Assembly (NCBI RefSeq): GCF_022045235.1 | Contig: NW_027266275.1 | Coordinates: 372,001 to 436,000 of the forward strand | Source: Haliotis cracherodii | Lineage: Eukaryota | Length of the DNA: 64,000 bases | Reading direction: 5' to 3' | In this document: positions 13,601-28,600 of the stretch, piece by piece | Layout of the letters: the number at the start of each line of letters is the position of its first letter | Numbering within the stretch: the stretch's first letter is position 1 | Translations under genes and position numbers: made by a program | The notes under the pieces: generated by a model | Database searches by the model: none | What the model was told of the DNA's origin: nothing | Seen by the model: only the letters and a program-made list of their open reading frames with translations

Positions 13601-16600
13601 GAGCCACAAGGCTCTAGAGCTTTATGCTTTACAAATAGAGCCACAAGGCTCTAGAGCTATATGCTTTACAAATAGAGCCACAAGGCACTAGAGCTATATG
13701 CTTTACAAATAGAGCCACAAAGCCATAGAGCTATATGCTTTACAAATACAGCCACAAGGCCATAGAGCTATATGCTTTACAAATAGAGCCACAAGGCTCT
13801 AGAGCTATATGCTTTACAAATAGAGCCACAAGGCTCTAGAGCTATATGCTTTACAAATAGAGCAACAAGGCTCTAGAGCTTTATGCTTTACAAATAGAGC
13901 CACAAGGCTCTAGAGCTATATGCTTTACAAATGGAGCCACAAAGCTCTAGAGCTATATGCTTTACAAATAGAGCCACAAGGCCATAGAGCTATATGCTTT
14001 ACAAATACAGCCACAAGGCTCTAGAGCTATATGCTTTACAAATAGAGCCACAATGCCATATGCTTTACAAATAGAGCCACAAGGCCATAGAGCTATATGC
14101 TTTACAAATACAGCCACAAGGCTCTAGAGCTACATGCTTTATGGTCTAAAGCAACCCATGCTTGTCGTAAGAGGCAACCAACAGGATCGGGTTGTTGGGC
14201 TCGCTGTCTTGGTTGATGCATGTGATCATATCCCAATTCTGTATATTGATGCTCATTTTGTCAATCACTGGATTGTCTGGTCCAGACTTGTTTGTTTACA
14301 AACTGCAGCAATAGAGCTGGAATATTGCTGAGTATGGCATGAAACAACAAACACACAAACACAGGACGTGTTCAACACAGGGGTGATAGTCAACAAGTAG
14401 TGTGGTAAATGTGATAGGGTCAACACATGGAGATGTAATGAACATGAAGGCCTACCTTCCACATACAGAGTGTGAGAGTCATATCTGTACACAGCACGGA
14501 AGTTGAGGACACCAAACTCTGTACTCTCTTGCTGCTTCTAGAAATCAATGTTGAAATGTTCACCATCTGTCATCTTCACAAAATGTTACATTTAACCCAG
14601 CTGCAACCATTATCTCTGTCATGTACTTTTTACAAATTTGTAAACTTTTTGTATGCAATTAAGAAGACACATTAACCCTCATGGTGCCTGGACGTCAGTC
14701 AGCCTGCATACCGCTCAGTGCCACACTGTGATGACATCACGGTTTCAAAGTCTTGTACATTGTATCAAAAGTGTTACAACGTCCTTACTTCTTCACACAG
14801 TGTAACCAAATTATATAACATGCAACTCGAGATGATTGTGTTTCCATCAGTATCTGAAGTCACAAAATCCAAAAGATCTATGCACTGCCTAGCCATCGAT
14901 AAAAGATCTGATATAATAAGTTTCCTACTTTTCTACATTAATCAGAACACGGAAGTACCAGAATATGGCGAGCAAAGTCAAGTAAGGGCTCTTGTTTGAA
15001 TAATGTCCAATAATTCATATCATTGTCAAGTACATGTCCTAACAGTGATAGACATATGACATTTATGTTGAAGTACACATTCACTAAGATTTTTCTGTGA
15101 GTTATATTTACCAATAAAAATATCCCGATGAAATTTTGCGTGTTTTTGACGTCAAAACAAAATTGACGGAAGTGGTCATGATTAATTCAAACGCAGACTG
15201 TTTGAAAGATTATGTCACAATGCGAATGCCAGTTTGGAATGTATATCTTGAAGAAATGGTTACTCCCATGTATGTTTCAGTGACCGTGCTCTTTTATTAG
15301 TGATAAAAACAACTTCGGGGTAATTGACATCGTACATTTTCGAAGGACAAAATGTGAAAGATCGCTAAACAGCCTTAACAATACTCAAATTGACATCGCT
15401 CAATATCGGACATCATTATTATTTCTTGATAATTAACAAGATAAAACTAATGTAATACCACCCAAGAGTAAGTACATGTAGCTTCAATCAAAATTGTTGA
15501 AACGTTTTCATGGGCAGCAAATCTTTTCAACAAACCTATTTTCAATCACTCACAACTGGGGCGCCATATGTCATGGCTTCGTTGTGCAATCACACAAACC
15601 ACTTATTGTTGCTTCGGGAGTCATGATGTGTTGTTAATGGTTGAAATCTAACTTATATAAAGCTTGAAACGAGATGGAATTGGACAATTTTAATACTTGA
15701 ATTTGAAAGCTCAAGAAGAGTAGAGTAGGTTATATTTGATACAAGGAAACACTAACTTGCACAGTACAGGTGAAAGAAGGCAATATTATTGTTTTTACGG
15801 TACAATTATAAATAATATATGTATATAGATTATGTGAAAGAGAACATTACGAAAATACAGCTCATGTTCTCAAAACTCTGAACAAATTTGCTTCACTATG
15901 ACCACTAGAAAACATACATCCTCATCGCAGCATGTATTTCAAACTTGGCTGCCTCAAAATATACTTGTATGGCCAGTCCATGAAATACAACTTTTTCTTT
16001 CACATTGTTTCATAAATACGACTTTAGAAGTGTATTCACACCTAGGTATGTACATGTACATTTAAGGACATATGTGATAGATTTTTTCTAGTAGTTTCCC
16101 ATTCCATCCCATTCTAGTAAAGGAAAAGTTTGAAATAAACTCAACAACATAAGTTCCTGTGACACCAATATTTTAGTGTATTTTTCAAACAAGTAAAGTT
16201 TGGTTTTCAATATTGTAGTACATGTATGGAATCAAGTCACAAAAATGCAACTGCTACAGAAAAGCATGTATTCCATGCAAAAGTTGACTTTTATGCAAGC
16301 CCCATGCATTTCACTACCCAAGAATGGGTATAAAAACGTGCGTTAATAGGAATCCATATGCATTGTTTAGCATTGTGCTGACAACAACCACTCAGAAAAA
16401 CAACAAGATTACATAATTATTCAACATTATGAAATTCGACACCTGTCCGAAAATGAGCGTCTGCGAGCCATTGGTATGCTTGAAGCAGGATTGAGTCTAT
16501 GTGATGTTGCAAGACAATTTAACGTCCACAGAAACACCATTTGGTGCTTATGGCAATGTTGGCAACAGACAAATGCAGTCAGAGACCATCCTCAGAGTGA

Positions 16601-19600
16601 CTGCAAGAAGCATCCCTGGCCTTCGATCTTGACAAACCGTAAGTCGTCGCTTCAGATGTGCAGGGATTGTCGCCTTAAGACCCACCAGACGTCCCATTTT
16701 GACAGGAAACCACAGTGGGGACAAGTTCTATTCACTGACGAGTTTTGTTTTCACCTTCGCCACAGCGATGGACGGGTTTGACTGTACTGACGTCGAGGTG
16801 AACGTTACGTCAATCATTGTGTCATGGACAACGCCCGGCCTCATATTGCTCGACTTGTTCAGGATTCGCTTCAATGTGAATGTCATCCCCTGGCCGGCTC
16901 AATCCCCTGATCTCTCACCAATCGAGCAAATGTGGGATGAGATGGATCGGCGCATTCGACGTCAACCACATGTTCCACAGACACTCCAGGAACTTCTAAA
17001 CATGCTCAGCAGATATTGACAGATATCCCACAGGACTAAGTGCGACACCTGGTCCATTCCATGAGACGAAGATGTGTTGCTTGCATCGCAACGAGAGGTG
17101 GACACACACGCTATTGATTTGTAAATTGACATTTTGGCATGTTAGTGTTTTCTTTATGAAATCAGGCATTTTCTGAAGTCAGTATGGCAAATTATACCAT
17201 TTAAACATTTACAGGAGTCTTTTATCTGTTGCAAACCAATATTGTTTCAGATTTGGTAAAAAACATAACTTTGCATTAAATCTTATTCAATGTCACAGGA
17301 ACTTTTGTTGTTCAGTATAGATAATGATCGTAGGTCAATGAAAGTACTGGAAGTATTGGTCATAAAAGGAAAAATATATTCCTGGTATTGAACCTATAAA
17401 ATTTAACCAACAAAATCTTTAATATAAATGGTTTTCAGTTATTATGTCTTTGCTATTTTTCTTAATTTTGGCTTAGCTAAACTACAGCTTGGAGGGAAGA
17501 TACACAAATTAAAATGGTGAAAAAAGAACCACAAGAATGCTTTGATTTTGCTCTTAAACAAATATTTATTTTACAAAAATCTATTTTATCTAAATACAAA
17601 AGGATACAAAACAAAGTAATTACTACTATGTCACTGATCGAAGTATTTGGTAATTTAGTTAATGAAGAGTGAAAAAATCTATAAATAACACAATATAAAA
17701 CATCAAAACGAAATCACATTTACACTGAAAACATTTGGTCTGTCAAAAATCAATTACCGTATTCGACGTAATAAGCGCCCTGCTCTAATAAGCGCCCACG
17801 GCGATATTTGCTAATATATTGGCTAGTGAACAATCCAAATTAGCACCCCTTCCGATTGATCAATGTAAACAAGACTTATGCATTCGCGTATAATACGCAC
17901 TCCTGTGTTATATGCACCATTAATTATGGGCAATTAAATTCTTGAAAAATATACCTGTCGTACATAAACATTTCAGGCTGTCAGCATAAACCACGAAATA
18001 TATCTTTCAACTCGTTTTTTTCACCAAAATAATATTTTAATAAGAGCCCCCTATTTCTAATTTTGAGAGCGCCCAGAGCGCTTATTACGTCGAATACGGT
18101 ATCTATATATTGTGAGTAGATCTAATTACTTTTACTGTTGATGTTATAAATTGAACCATTCGAGATTCTATTAGACGAAGCTAAAATAATAAAAATCTAG
18201 GTTGTTTAATATTGGATCCATTTTGACAGCTTTCTCACTTTAAAACATTCCATTCTCTTACTCGACTAAATGCACATTATTTTCTTTGAATATCAAGCCT
18301 TTAAACAGATATGAAGCACATGTCAACATACCAAAATTAGAAAACTGCGCTAAATATTCTAACACTGTTAGTCAAATGATAAGCGGTCTCATTCACTCGT
18401 CAGTTGCCGTGGACATTTTCTAGTTCTTTGCTTTCTAGTTCAGTCCAAGAGAATATTGTTATTGTATCCATTATACTACCACAACATTAGATCAGCTGTT
18501 TCATGTGACATCATCAACGTCACAACGCGTGAGGTCAAATCACGCGCACCTGTCCAGATGACAAATTCACAGCGGCGGCAAATCACCGACCATTTATTAG
18601 CCTATTCGAATAAAATTGCAGACTGTAACAAAATAAAATAAAGTTTACTCATTGCTGACATTTCAGATAACATATCAAATAAGAGTTTCAGACTTGCAAT
18701 AGATTTTCATACGTTAATCGAGAGTACAGTGTATATCAATAAGGTGTAAATCTAATATTTATATTAGATCTAATATCCATGGCAGAATGTTGGAAATACG
18801 AGCTGTCGTGTTATGATAATATATTCCAAATTTTTAAGAGATTTGTAATGTGTATTTGTGATATATATGCATACACAATTGGTTATCAATTATCTTGTAC
18901 AATACAGCATGTACCATGTACATTAGACTCACGGAAAATACAATTAAAGCAAACCAATCGCAGCGCCATTATCACAGTTTCAGTGAAAGGAAAAACTAAT
19001 CGAAATCGAACTTTACAGCACATTGTATCCATAAGTGGATAACCCGAATACAAAAAAGGTATTGCTTTAATCATTGTAGATGTTATGTTGATGTTTTCAG
19101 TAGTTGTATTATGTTTATATCACGTGTACCATCGACAGAAAAGGGGGCCGAGCTATCACATGTGGAACAGACCTTGACACAATTTGTTTACAATATGGCG
19201 TTGACTAACATTAGATGTCGTGGCCACACTTTTGAAATCTCCTTTTGCAACAAAATGTGAAACAGTTAGGGCAAGTCACTCACACGGCCATGTTAGAGCA
19301 ATCACACATGACTCTTAGTCATTCCAATTGAAAAAAGTAGCAGTTATTTGTCTTATCGGGCGAGCATGAAGGACAACCGGTAGACAAGAAATCGCGGCAC
19401 AGATATGATGCGAACGTGCCCTGTCGATCACTTCTGGCTTGGCTGTTCAATGTTTAGCTTTTGGTCATGGACTTCCTGCCCATAAACATATAAATAATAG
19501 CTATCTTTAAGTATCTTAGATTTGAATATTTTCTGTAAATCAGCATCATAAACAAAAAGACAATCTGCACTATCATTTCGTCTCTAGCGCCGTGCTAAAT

Positions 19601-22600
19601 CGCCATGACACACAGTCGATAAACATATGCAATACTTGAACAAAACACTACTGTGGCGGACTAAACGTTAGTACTCTTACGCCAATAACTGTACAGTGGG
19701 GAAAAGTAAATCTTTCTGGCCAGTCAGATCAGATTTCTTTTTCAAATTGGCTATCTGATACAATAATGGTTACTTGTATATGACATGGGTGCATAATAAA
19801 TAATTGCCTTCATTTGCATGGAGTTCCACATGGCAGAAAAAGATCGAGAAGCGTGGTAACCACTTTACAAATCTCTCCATATTTCGAATCCGTAGCAGTG
19901 CATAAAATATGAGTTACACGATATTAACGCTGAGATGATTAGGGTGATGATGGTTATAATTTCATTCAATGAACGTCATAAATGTAATGGAAATATACAC
20001 TGTCGTTTTCTCATGTGTACCGACCATTCCGCCATTACCAATAGTCAATAAAAATATACAAAACGTGTAAATAAACTTGTTCGTAAAGGAGTGAACAGAA
20101 ATTTATCTATGTGAATAAGTATACAGTTGTGAGAAACATGTATTCTCACCACTCTGGTCATATTATGTGTTATGAACAAGGATTTTGTCTGAAAATATTT
20201 ATGTGTATGTGACATGGGTTCATAAACAAAATTCACCGTCATGCGCTTGGTGTTCAAACATTTCAGAGAAAGGCCGAGAAGCGCGGAAGCCACTTTACTC
20301 ATCTCTCCATATTTCTAATCAATAGCATTGTATAAAGTATGAGTTGCATGATGTTAAAGCTAAGATGATTTGGGTAATGATGGTTATAATTTTGACTTCG
20401 TGCACTCAGTGTTTGATATCTGAATTCAGTTTACAAAGGGCATTTCTCTCGTGACCATATATGGTCCCTTGGCACTATGTGGGTGTGAAAGGTGTGGGAC
20501 CATATAGGGTCCTGTGACACCAAGAGGGTTAAAGTAAATCATTTCTGTTGTGATGTATGAGGACAGCACCCTTAGGACACAAAAGACTCATCAAACACCA
20601 TCTGCTGGGAAACTCACCTGGATCTCGGCCATCTGGATGTAGAAGGTCTCAATCAGAGACGTGGTGTCCATCTTGTGGAAGGTCAGCAGCTCTCGCAACT
20701 CCTAAAAACATAAATAGAATATGTCATCTACTGTAAAAAAATAGACTCTATAAACTCTATGAACTGGATATTTGACGAATTCACACAAAACTGTGGACAA
20801 TTGATGAACTCACCTGGAACTGTTGGGAAAGGATATCCTCCATGTTCAGCCCTTTCCCTTTAGCATGGAAGAAATCGACCAGAAGACCAAGGGCGTCAAA
20901 CATGCGCTGGTAGAAGATGGGCGGTCTCTGGAAGGGAGTTAACACCTTTCTGTAGATTGCACATACACCATGCAAAACAAACAGACGATAGTGGGAATCA
21001 CCAAGGCATATCTTCTGATCTATTTGGTATTGGCAACTGGAGCTGCAATGATCATAACTGTAGGGGAGTAGGCGGTCTGACCTAAAGAGTTCTAGTCAAT
21101 GTTATTGATATCGGGTAAAACCCACCTCTGTTGGCCAGACATGCACAGCTTCATGCTTCTGAAGAGTTGACCAATGTCACCTAGACTACACACCCCCAAC
21201 CCACAAGTATGTACCACCAACCCACAAGAATGTACCACCAACCCACAAGTACACACCCCAAACCCACAGGTATGTACCACCAACCCACAAGTACACACCC
21301 CCAACCCACAAGTACACACCCCCAACCCACAGGTATGTACCACCAACCCACAAGTACGTACCACAAACCCAAGTACGTACCACCAACCCACAAGTACGTA
21401 CCACAAACCCAAGTACGTACCCCCAACCCACAAGTACGTACCCCCAACCCACAAGTACATACCACCAACCCACAAGTACACATCCCCAACCTACAAGTAT
21501 GTACCACCAACCCACAAGTACATACCACAAACCCAAGTACGTACCACCAACCCACAAGTACGTATCAACAACCCACAAGTACGTACCACAAACCCACAAG
21601 TACATACCACCAACCCACAAGTACGTACCACAAACCCAAGTACGTACCCCCAACCCACAAGTACGTACCACCAACCCACAAGTATGTACCACCAACCCAC
21701 AAGTACGTACCACAAACCCACAAGTACGTACCACCTCCTCATTGTCCAGCACATCCTTGAACTCCTCCAACACTTCCACCCATATTGACTCTAAAATTCG
21801 GTCAAAGTTGGTCTTGAGCAGGTTGTTGTTGAGAGTGAGCAGATTGCTGTCCAGGTACTCCAGGAGGTCACCAACCGCCTGGAAATCCCAGAAAAAGACA
21901 CATGAAGACACAAGAGACAGTCAGACACATGTAGACACAGACAGACACATATAGGCACTGATATTTAGACACAGAGATATGTAGACACACAGATATGTCG
22001 ACACAGACATGTGTGGAGGCAGACATGTAAACAGACATATGTTGGCACAGATTCCACTCACATCGTCTGCAGGGAGTGACTCTGGGGCCCAATTCAGGTG
22101 GAACACATCCTTCTTGATGTCAGGACGCATCTATTAACAAAAAGGTTATTTACTAAACATCTATCAGCCAAGTACCATAGGGAATCACAAACACGTACCA
22201 CAGGGTACTTAAGACCCCAAAGACAAGCTCCTTCACAGCCAGCCGACATGGGATCCTCACTGCCTAACACTACTGCCCCGAGGAAAGCTCCTCCAAGGCC
22301 AGCTGTCGGGGTACCTCACTGCCTAACACTACTGCCCCAAGGAAAGCTCCTCCACAGCCAGCTGTCACGGGTACCTCACTGACTAACACTACTGCCCCAA
22401 GGAAAGCTCCTCCACAGCCAGCTGTCACGGGTACCTCACTGACTAACACTACTGCCCCGAGGAAAGCTCCACCACAGCCAGCTGTCACGGGTACCTCACT
22501 GACTAACACTACTGCCCCGAGGAAAGCTCCTCCACAGCCAGCTGTCACGGGTACCTCACTGACTAACACTACTGCCCCGAGGAAAGCTCCTCCACAGCCA

Positions 22601-25600
22601 GCTGTCGGGGTACCTCACTGCGTAACACTACTGCCCCAAGGAAAGCTCCTCCAAGGCCAGCTGTCGGGGTACCTCACTGCCTAACACTACTGCCCCAAGG
22701 AAAGCTCCTCCACAGCCAGCTGTCACGGGTACCTCACTGACTAACTCTACTGCCCCGAGGAAAGCTCCTCCACAGCCAGCTGTCACGGGTACCTCACTGA
22801 CTAACACTACTGCCCCGAGGAAAGCTCCTCCAAGGCCAGCTGTCGGGGTACCTCACTGCGTAACACTACTGCCCCAAGGAAAGCTCCTCCACAGCCAGCT
22901 GTCACGGGTACCTCACTGACTAACACTACTGCCCCGAGGAAAGCTCCTCCACAGCCAGCTGTCACGGGTACCTCACTGACTAACACTACTGCCCCGAGGA
23001 AAGTTCCTCCACAGCCAGCTGTCACGGGTACCTCACTGACTAACACTACTGCCCCGAGGAAAGCTCCTCCACAGCCAGCTGTCACGGGTACCTCACTGAC
23101 TAACACTACTGCCCCGAGGAAAGCTCCTCCACAGCCAGCTGTCGGGGTACCTCACTGCGTAACACTACTGCCCCAAGGAAAGCTCCTCCAAGGCCAGCTG
23201 TCGGGGTACCTCACTGCCTAACACTACTGCCCCAAGGAAAGCTCCTCCACAGCCAGCTGTCACGGGTACCTCACTGACTAACACTACTGCCCCGAGGAAA
23301 GCTCCTCCACAGCCAGCTGTCACGGGTACCTCACTGACTAACACTATTGCCCCGAGGAAAGCTCCTCCACAGCCAGCTGTCACGGGTACCTCACTGACTA
23401 ACACTACTGCCCCGAGGAAAGCTCCTCCACAGCCAGCTGTCGGGGTACCTCACTGCGTAACACTACTGCCCCAAGGAAAGCTCCTCCACAGCCAGCTGTC
23501 ACGGGTACCTCACTGACTAACACTACTTCCCCGAGGAAAGCTCCTCCACAGCCAGCTGTCACGGGTACCTCACTGACTAACACTACTTCCCCGAGGAAAG
23601 CTCCTCCACAGCCAGCTGTCGTGGTACCTCACTGACTAACACTACTGCACCAGGACAGGCTCCTCCACACTACAGCCAGCTGTCGTGGTACCTCACTTAC
23701 TAAAGCCCCTATCTCACATACACGATTTAAGAAATTGCGAACATGATTTAAGAAAAGTTGAAAAATCGTGTTGATTCGTGCTTGACCTTGTGGTTTACGC
23801 AAATTTCTTAACCAAACACGACCATCATACGACCAAAAACGACCCTCATACGACCTTTATAAGACTGAACACAACACTCATACGACCGTCATAAGATACA
23901 ACACGATTTAACCTCATTTAACACGACCCCAATACGACTGTCAAACGACTTAACATGAAAGAACACGACCACCATTCAATTAAACCCGAATCATTACGAT
24001 GTCCATACGACTACAAAAATAAACATGATCTCCATACGACTGAGCAAGACCTTCATACGACATATTTTTTTGTTTATTTTGGTCATGTGGGTCATGTCGT
24101 ATTTAAGCTGCATTGCAACAGCATTTCTGTGTCAGTCTTCACCATGTTCAACAACGAACAAGACCCGCAAGAAGCAGATTTTGGTGGTGGTTCAGAGGTT
24201 TCAGCTGGCTCATATCTTGTCCCTGGGTACCGGTTGGATGTTCACCCATGGATGGTGGTGAAGGATGTTTCCCTTTCGAAGGTTTTGCTTGGAGGAGCTT
24301 CCTTTTCGGCCGCCTGGGGTTTGGCATGGCTGTAGAATGAGCTTTCCCTTTCAGGGGGTTTCCCACGTTCTCACTCAGTCACGTGATGGGCTCTTCTGGT
24401 CGTATGACAAACGTATGGATTTCGTGTTCAGGCGTATAGGAGTCGTATGAAAGGTGTATGAAAGTTATGCTGAATCGTGTTAAAACATATGAAGGTCATA
24501 TGAGTTTCTTCCCACGCTCCCCAACACGATTGAACACGACTGTCATACGACCTTCATACAACTGAACACGACTTTTCAGCTCGGCTTAAATCATGTCATA
24601 AATTTTTGCATTGCATTGCAAAAATTTATAACACGATTCAAGCTGAGCTGCGACGTTTATATGACCACGCGCGACCGACCACGAATGAACAGGAATAAGT
24701 GAGCGACCTTCATACGTTCTAACACAATTTAAGGAAAAACATTACATCGTGTTCATTCGTGAATGTGAGATAAGGGCTTAACACTACTGCCACAGGGCAA
24801 GGTCCTCCACAGCCAGCTGTCACGGGTACCCCACTGATGTACACTACTGCTACCAGGAAAAGCTCTACATCCAGCTGTCGTCATACCTCACTAACACTAC
24901 TGCCCCCAGGACAAGCTCTTCCACAGCCAGCTGTCATGGGTCGTGGGTACCTCACTGACTAACACTACTGCTACCAGGAAAAGCTCTTCCACTGCACAGC
25001 CAGCTGTCGTGGTACCTCCCTGACTAACACTACTTCCCCAAAGACAAGCTCTTCCACTGCACAGCCAGCTGTAACGGATACCCCCCTGACTAACACTACT
25101 TTCCCTGGACAAGCTCCTCCACAGCACAGCCAGCTGTAACGGGTACCTCACTGACTAATACTACTGCCGCCAGGACCAGCTCCTCCACAGCACAGCCAGC
25201 TGTCACGGGTACCTCCCTGACTTAACACCCATTCTCACGAAGAATGTACAATTTCAAATTTAACCTGTCGCTTAGCCACTAGCCGTATATTTTGCATTAA
25301 ATGAACTTGACAGAGAAAGTAAATGTTGGGAATGGTATTGGGAAAGATATTACACTGACATTTTGGTTGCTTTCCAAACCATATTTTTGCAGCATCAGTC
25401 ATAATAGCAACATTTTAGTATAATGTGATTGTTGATTTTAATATCTATCATGAAACGATTGTGATTGGTTAAATGTCCTTATGTTTACGCAAGTTATTCT
25501 TGGTTTTTCAGTACCTCTGATATATCATGCACTAGAATGCCAAATTTCACAGAGCTATCTTATTTAATGACGAAGTTATGCTTGTTAAAAATGTGTCGCC

Positions 25601-28600
25601 AGTTTTCAGGTAAGCTACGTTACTTTATTTCTGTTTGAAACAGCAACTGTCATTTTGAGATATAAAAACAATATAATTGTTCATAGGACATCACGAATAC
25701 AGCAACGTGAGCCAAAGTGGTGACAGGCATCCTGTAATATGTATAAGCACTTTATGTCACGAAAACAGCACCATTTTTGAGAGTTGAGTTAAGCTTGTAA
25801 GCTACGTTACTGCCGATACATAAAAACTGGTCTCCCGATTATGGTACAGGGATTATGCTCATGTTGCCTAAGTGATGTCTGCTTGTCAAAGTAAGAAACA
25901 AGATTGTAAATATATTCCACATGTGTTGAGGGTGTTTTATAGATCGAGATGTAAGCTACATGATGTAAGCTACGTGATGTAAGCTACGTGATGTAAGCTA
26001 CGTGACATCTTGAAATAAAGAGTTAATTACAGGAACATTAAAGGGGCACTGATCTAACGCAATTCCCCGGGACTGGTTGTTGCCTTTGTTATTGTTTTTC
26101 CCCAGTGAGTACCCGGATGTATAGCAGAAATCTAGACTAGTTCGCGACCTCTGCTGCGCCATTCGTAAGCGCATTAGTCGTTTTTATTGTTAGTTATAAG
26201 GGCGTATGGTCAAATTGATCAACAAAATGAAATAGCATCGGTAATGGTGACGAAGTCACTTGCTTGGTAATTTTGCGATTTTCGTTTACACTACTTTGAC
26301 TTGCAACACAAAGTAAATATTTCACCTGAGCATTGCTTTTTTTATAGTGTGTATATTTTTTTTACTGTCAAATGTGTAACACATTTATTAAACGTCTAAA
26401 TATTCAGTTATTTTACAAAGTGACTGAAAAACATTTCCATCTGTATTATCATGATAACAAATTCCAAACAGTTGAAAAGCTTCTAATCCTACATAATAAT
26501 CTGTTGTGATGTTTGTAGGCCTTTTTGATCGTCTTAATCAATCTGGACAGATTTTTTAGTCGAAATGACTGAAATATTTACACATTTTAAAAAAATTGCC
26601 TGAGAGAATCACATTTTACAAATTGACAGTAATATATTCACGCTTACAAAGGAAAAGACCTGTAAAAATAACGTCTATCGCGCATTGAAGAATTTCCCAA
26701 CCAAGACGTAGAGAAACAAGAACGAATCGGTTTAAAAGAAGGAAAACAAAATGCAAATATCATAATTACAACCTACCAAATTTATGTGTATAAATTTTAG
26801 GTAGCTTCCTTGTTCGAGGAATGTATCCGTGAATATCCACACAAAGGAACAATATCCCACTCATCTGCAGCTGTACAAAGAATCTTATTCGATGTCACGT
26901 GTCTCACTAACAATCAAATATTTTAAAAGATATATATCGTTTTGGGATATTATAACCCATGTTCGTTTCTCAACTGATCACTTGGATTGTTTCAGGTGTT
27001 TTACATAGGTGTCACGTCTCAAAGGTCGGCTGAGAAAGCCCATGTGACAACTATTTTCATAACGTCCACGGTTCCTAAAAAATCCATTGAGTGATAGATA
27101 ACAATGATCAATCAATCAACGTATTATCAGATAACCCTTTGAACAAAGTATGTTGTTTTTACATCGGCACTTCACGCCAATATATGAGTGTATTCCCTTT
27201 GTATTAGAAAACCTAGACATGTAAACACTCACTCTTGACATATCCACTGTGCAAGATAACAGTGATTGATCAATCAACATATTTTCTGTTAATCCTTTGA
27301 TGACTAGGAACGATCCGTTGATTTACAAAACGAAGTAAATCAATTGATCATTCATCTCTTGCTGGGCTGACACGTGCATATTACATAACACACATTTCAC
27401 CTCACTTCAAACCTGGATTTAGATTGAATAATTACCCCAGACACAATAAATGCCAAATGGGAACCTTTGTCAGGTAATGTAAGTGGTGCTACCACTAATT
27501 GTACCTGTAATAAATTCATTAACTGAGCATCAAATGAATGACAACAAATACACAAGTGTAGGGTTATACGAGAAAACGTGGATGACAACAAGGGAGTAGT
27601 AATCGTATTATCGACGCAAGCCGAAATCCTTTCACTGCATGGATACTCTTTTTAGTATTAAACTATAACCATCTGGGGTATTTCCAAATGACATCTGATG
27701 AGCTCCGCTGTTCTTTTGGTCTGTTTGTTTAGGCTGAAGAAATTAATTAACATGCGCCCTTTGTCGAAATCTTTATAGATCACAGTTAACCAATCAGTGT
27801 TTATGCAAAAATGCATAAAACAAATCTTGCCTCCAGCCTCCAAGTTTATTTAGCTGTCCTTGCAGATGGTAGCCCAGTCTCTGGTCACGCTCAGTTGCGT
27901 TGCGTATCATCCGGGTACTCACGGGGGAAAAACAATAACAAAGGCAACAACCAGTCTAACCAGGCGTTAGATTAGTGCCCCTTTAAGTCTACAGTTCATG
28001 CCAACACTGAGAAGGCATAAGTGCTAATTCCCACCAATCAGCAGTTGTTCCCCTAGTTTACCACATGTTTCCAGTCAAAACAGGAGATTTCAAGACAGGA
28101 TAAAACAGAATTTCTGAATTAAAAAGGTGAGAATATGTATATATTTTTCTTTTGAAAGATTAATAGGTCAGAATTTACATAAAACTCAAGCATTATTGAA
28201 ATATAAATCACTTGCCTTTTTTACGTTTTTTGGTGTTATAAGTGCATGGCAGTGATGATATGTTTGTTGCTTGAATAAACAATACTAATGTTTTGAAAGC
28301 CATTGAAATCAAAATTTACATGATCTAAAAGGAAATCAATAAATTTGTTGATCAAGTTTTCTCTCCAGATAAATAATTTTCCAATAGTGTTTCAGTATAT
28401 ACAGTTTTTTATAATGTTTGATGCTTATTACTGGTGGTAACGTAGCTTACACATTTTCGGTGAAGAACATATTTGTTACCTGATCTGTGTCATTATGTGT
28501 TTGTTGGTGGACATTTACAAATCCTAGGTGCCAGATGTAATGATGACAGTTTACATTGAAGAGTAAATACTTAGTCTATCCTTGTTAGTCTTGCTGAAAT

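Larger units (their letters stand above)
14676..20528. mobile_element. Non-autonomous piggyBac-like element hosting nested insertions
   Basis: TTAA at 14672-14675 and 20529-20532; TIR ccctcatggtgcc / gacaccaagaggg (11 of 13); subterminal gaccatatatggtcc palindromes at 20453-20512; no intact transposase seen. Confidence 0.75.

Noticed and set aside
22250-23703. CRISPR-like array
   Set aside because: Head-to-tail repeats without unique spacers, no cas genes, eukaryotic intron.
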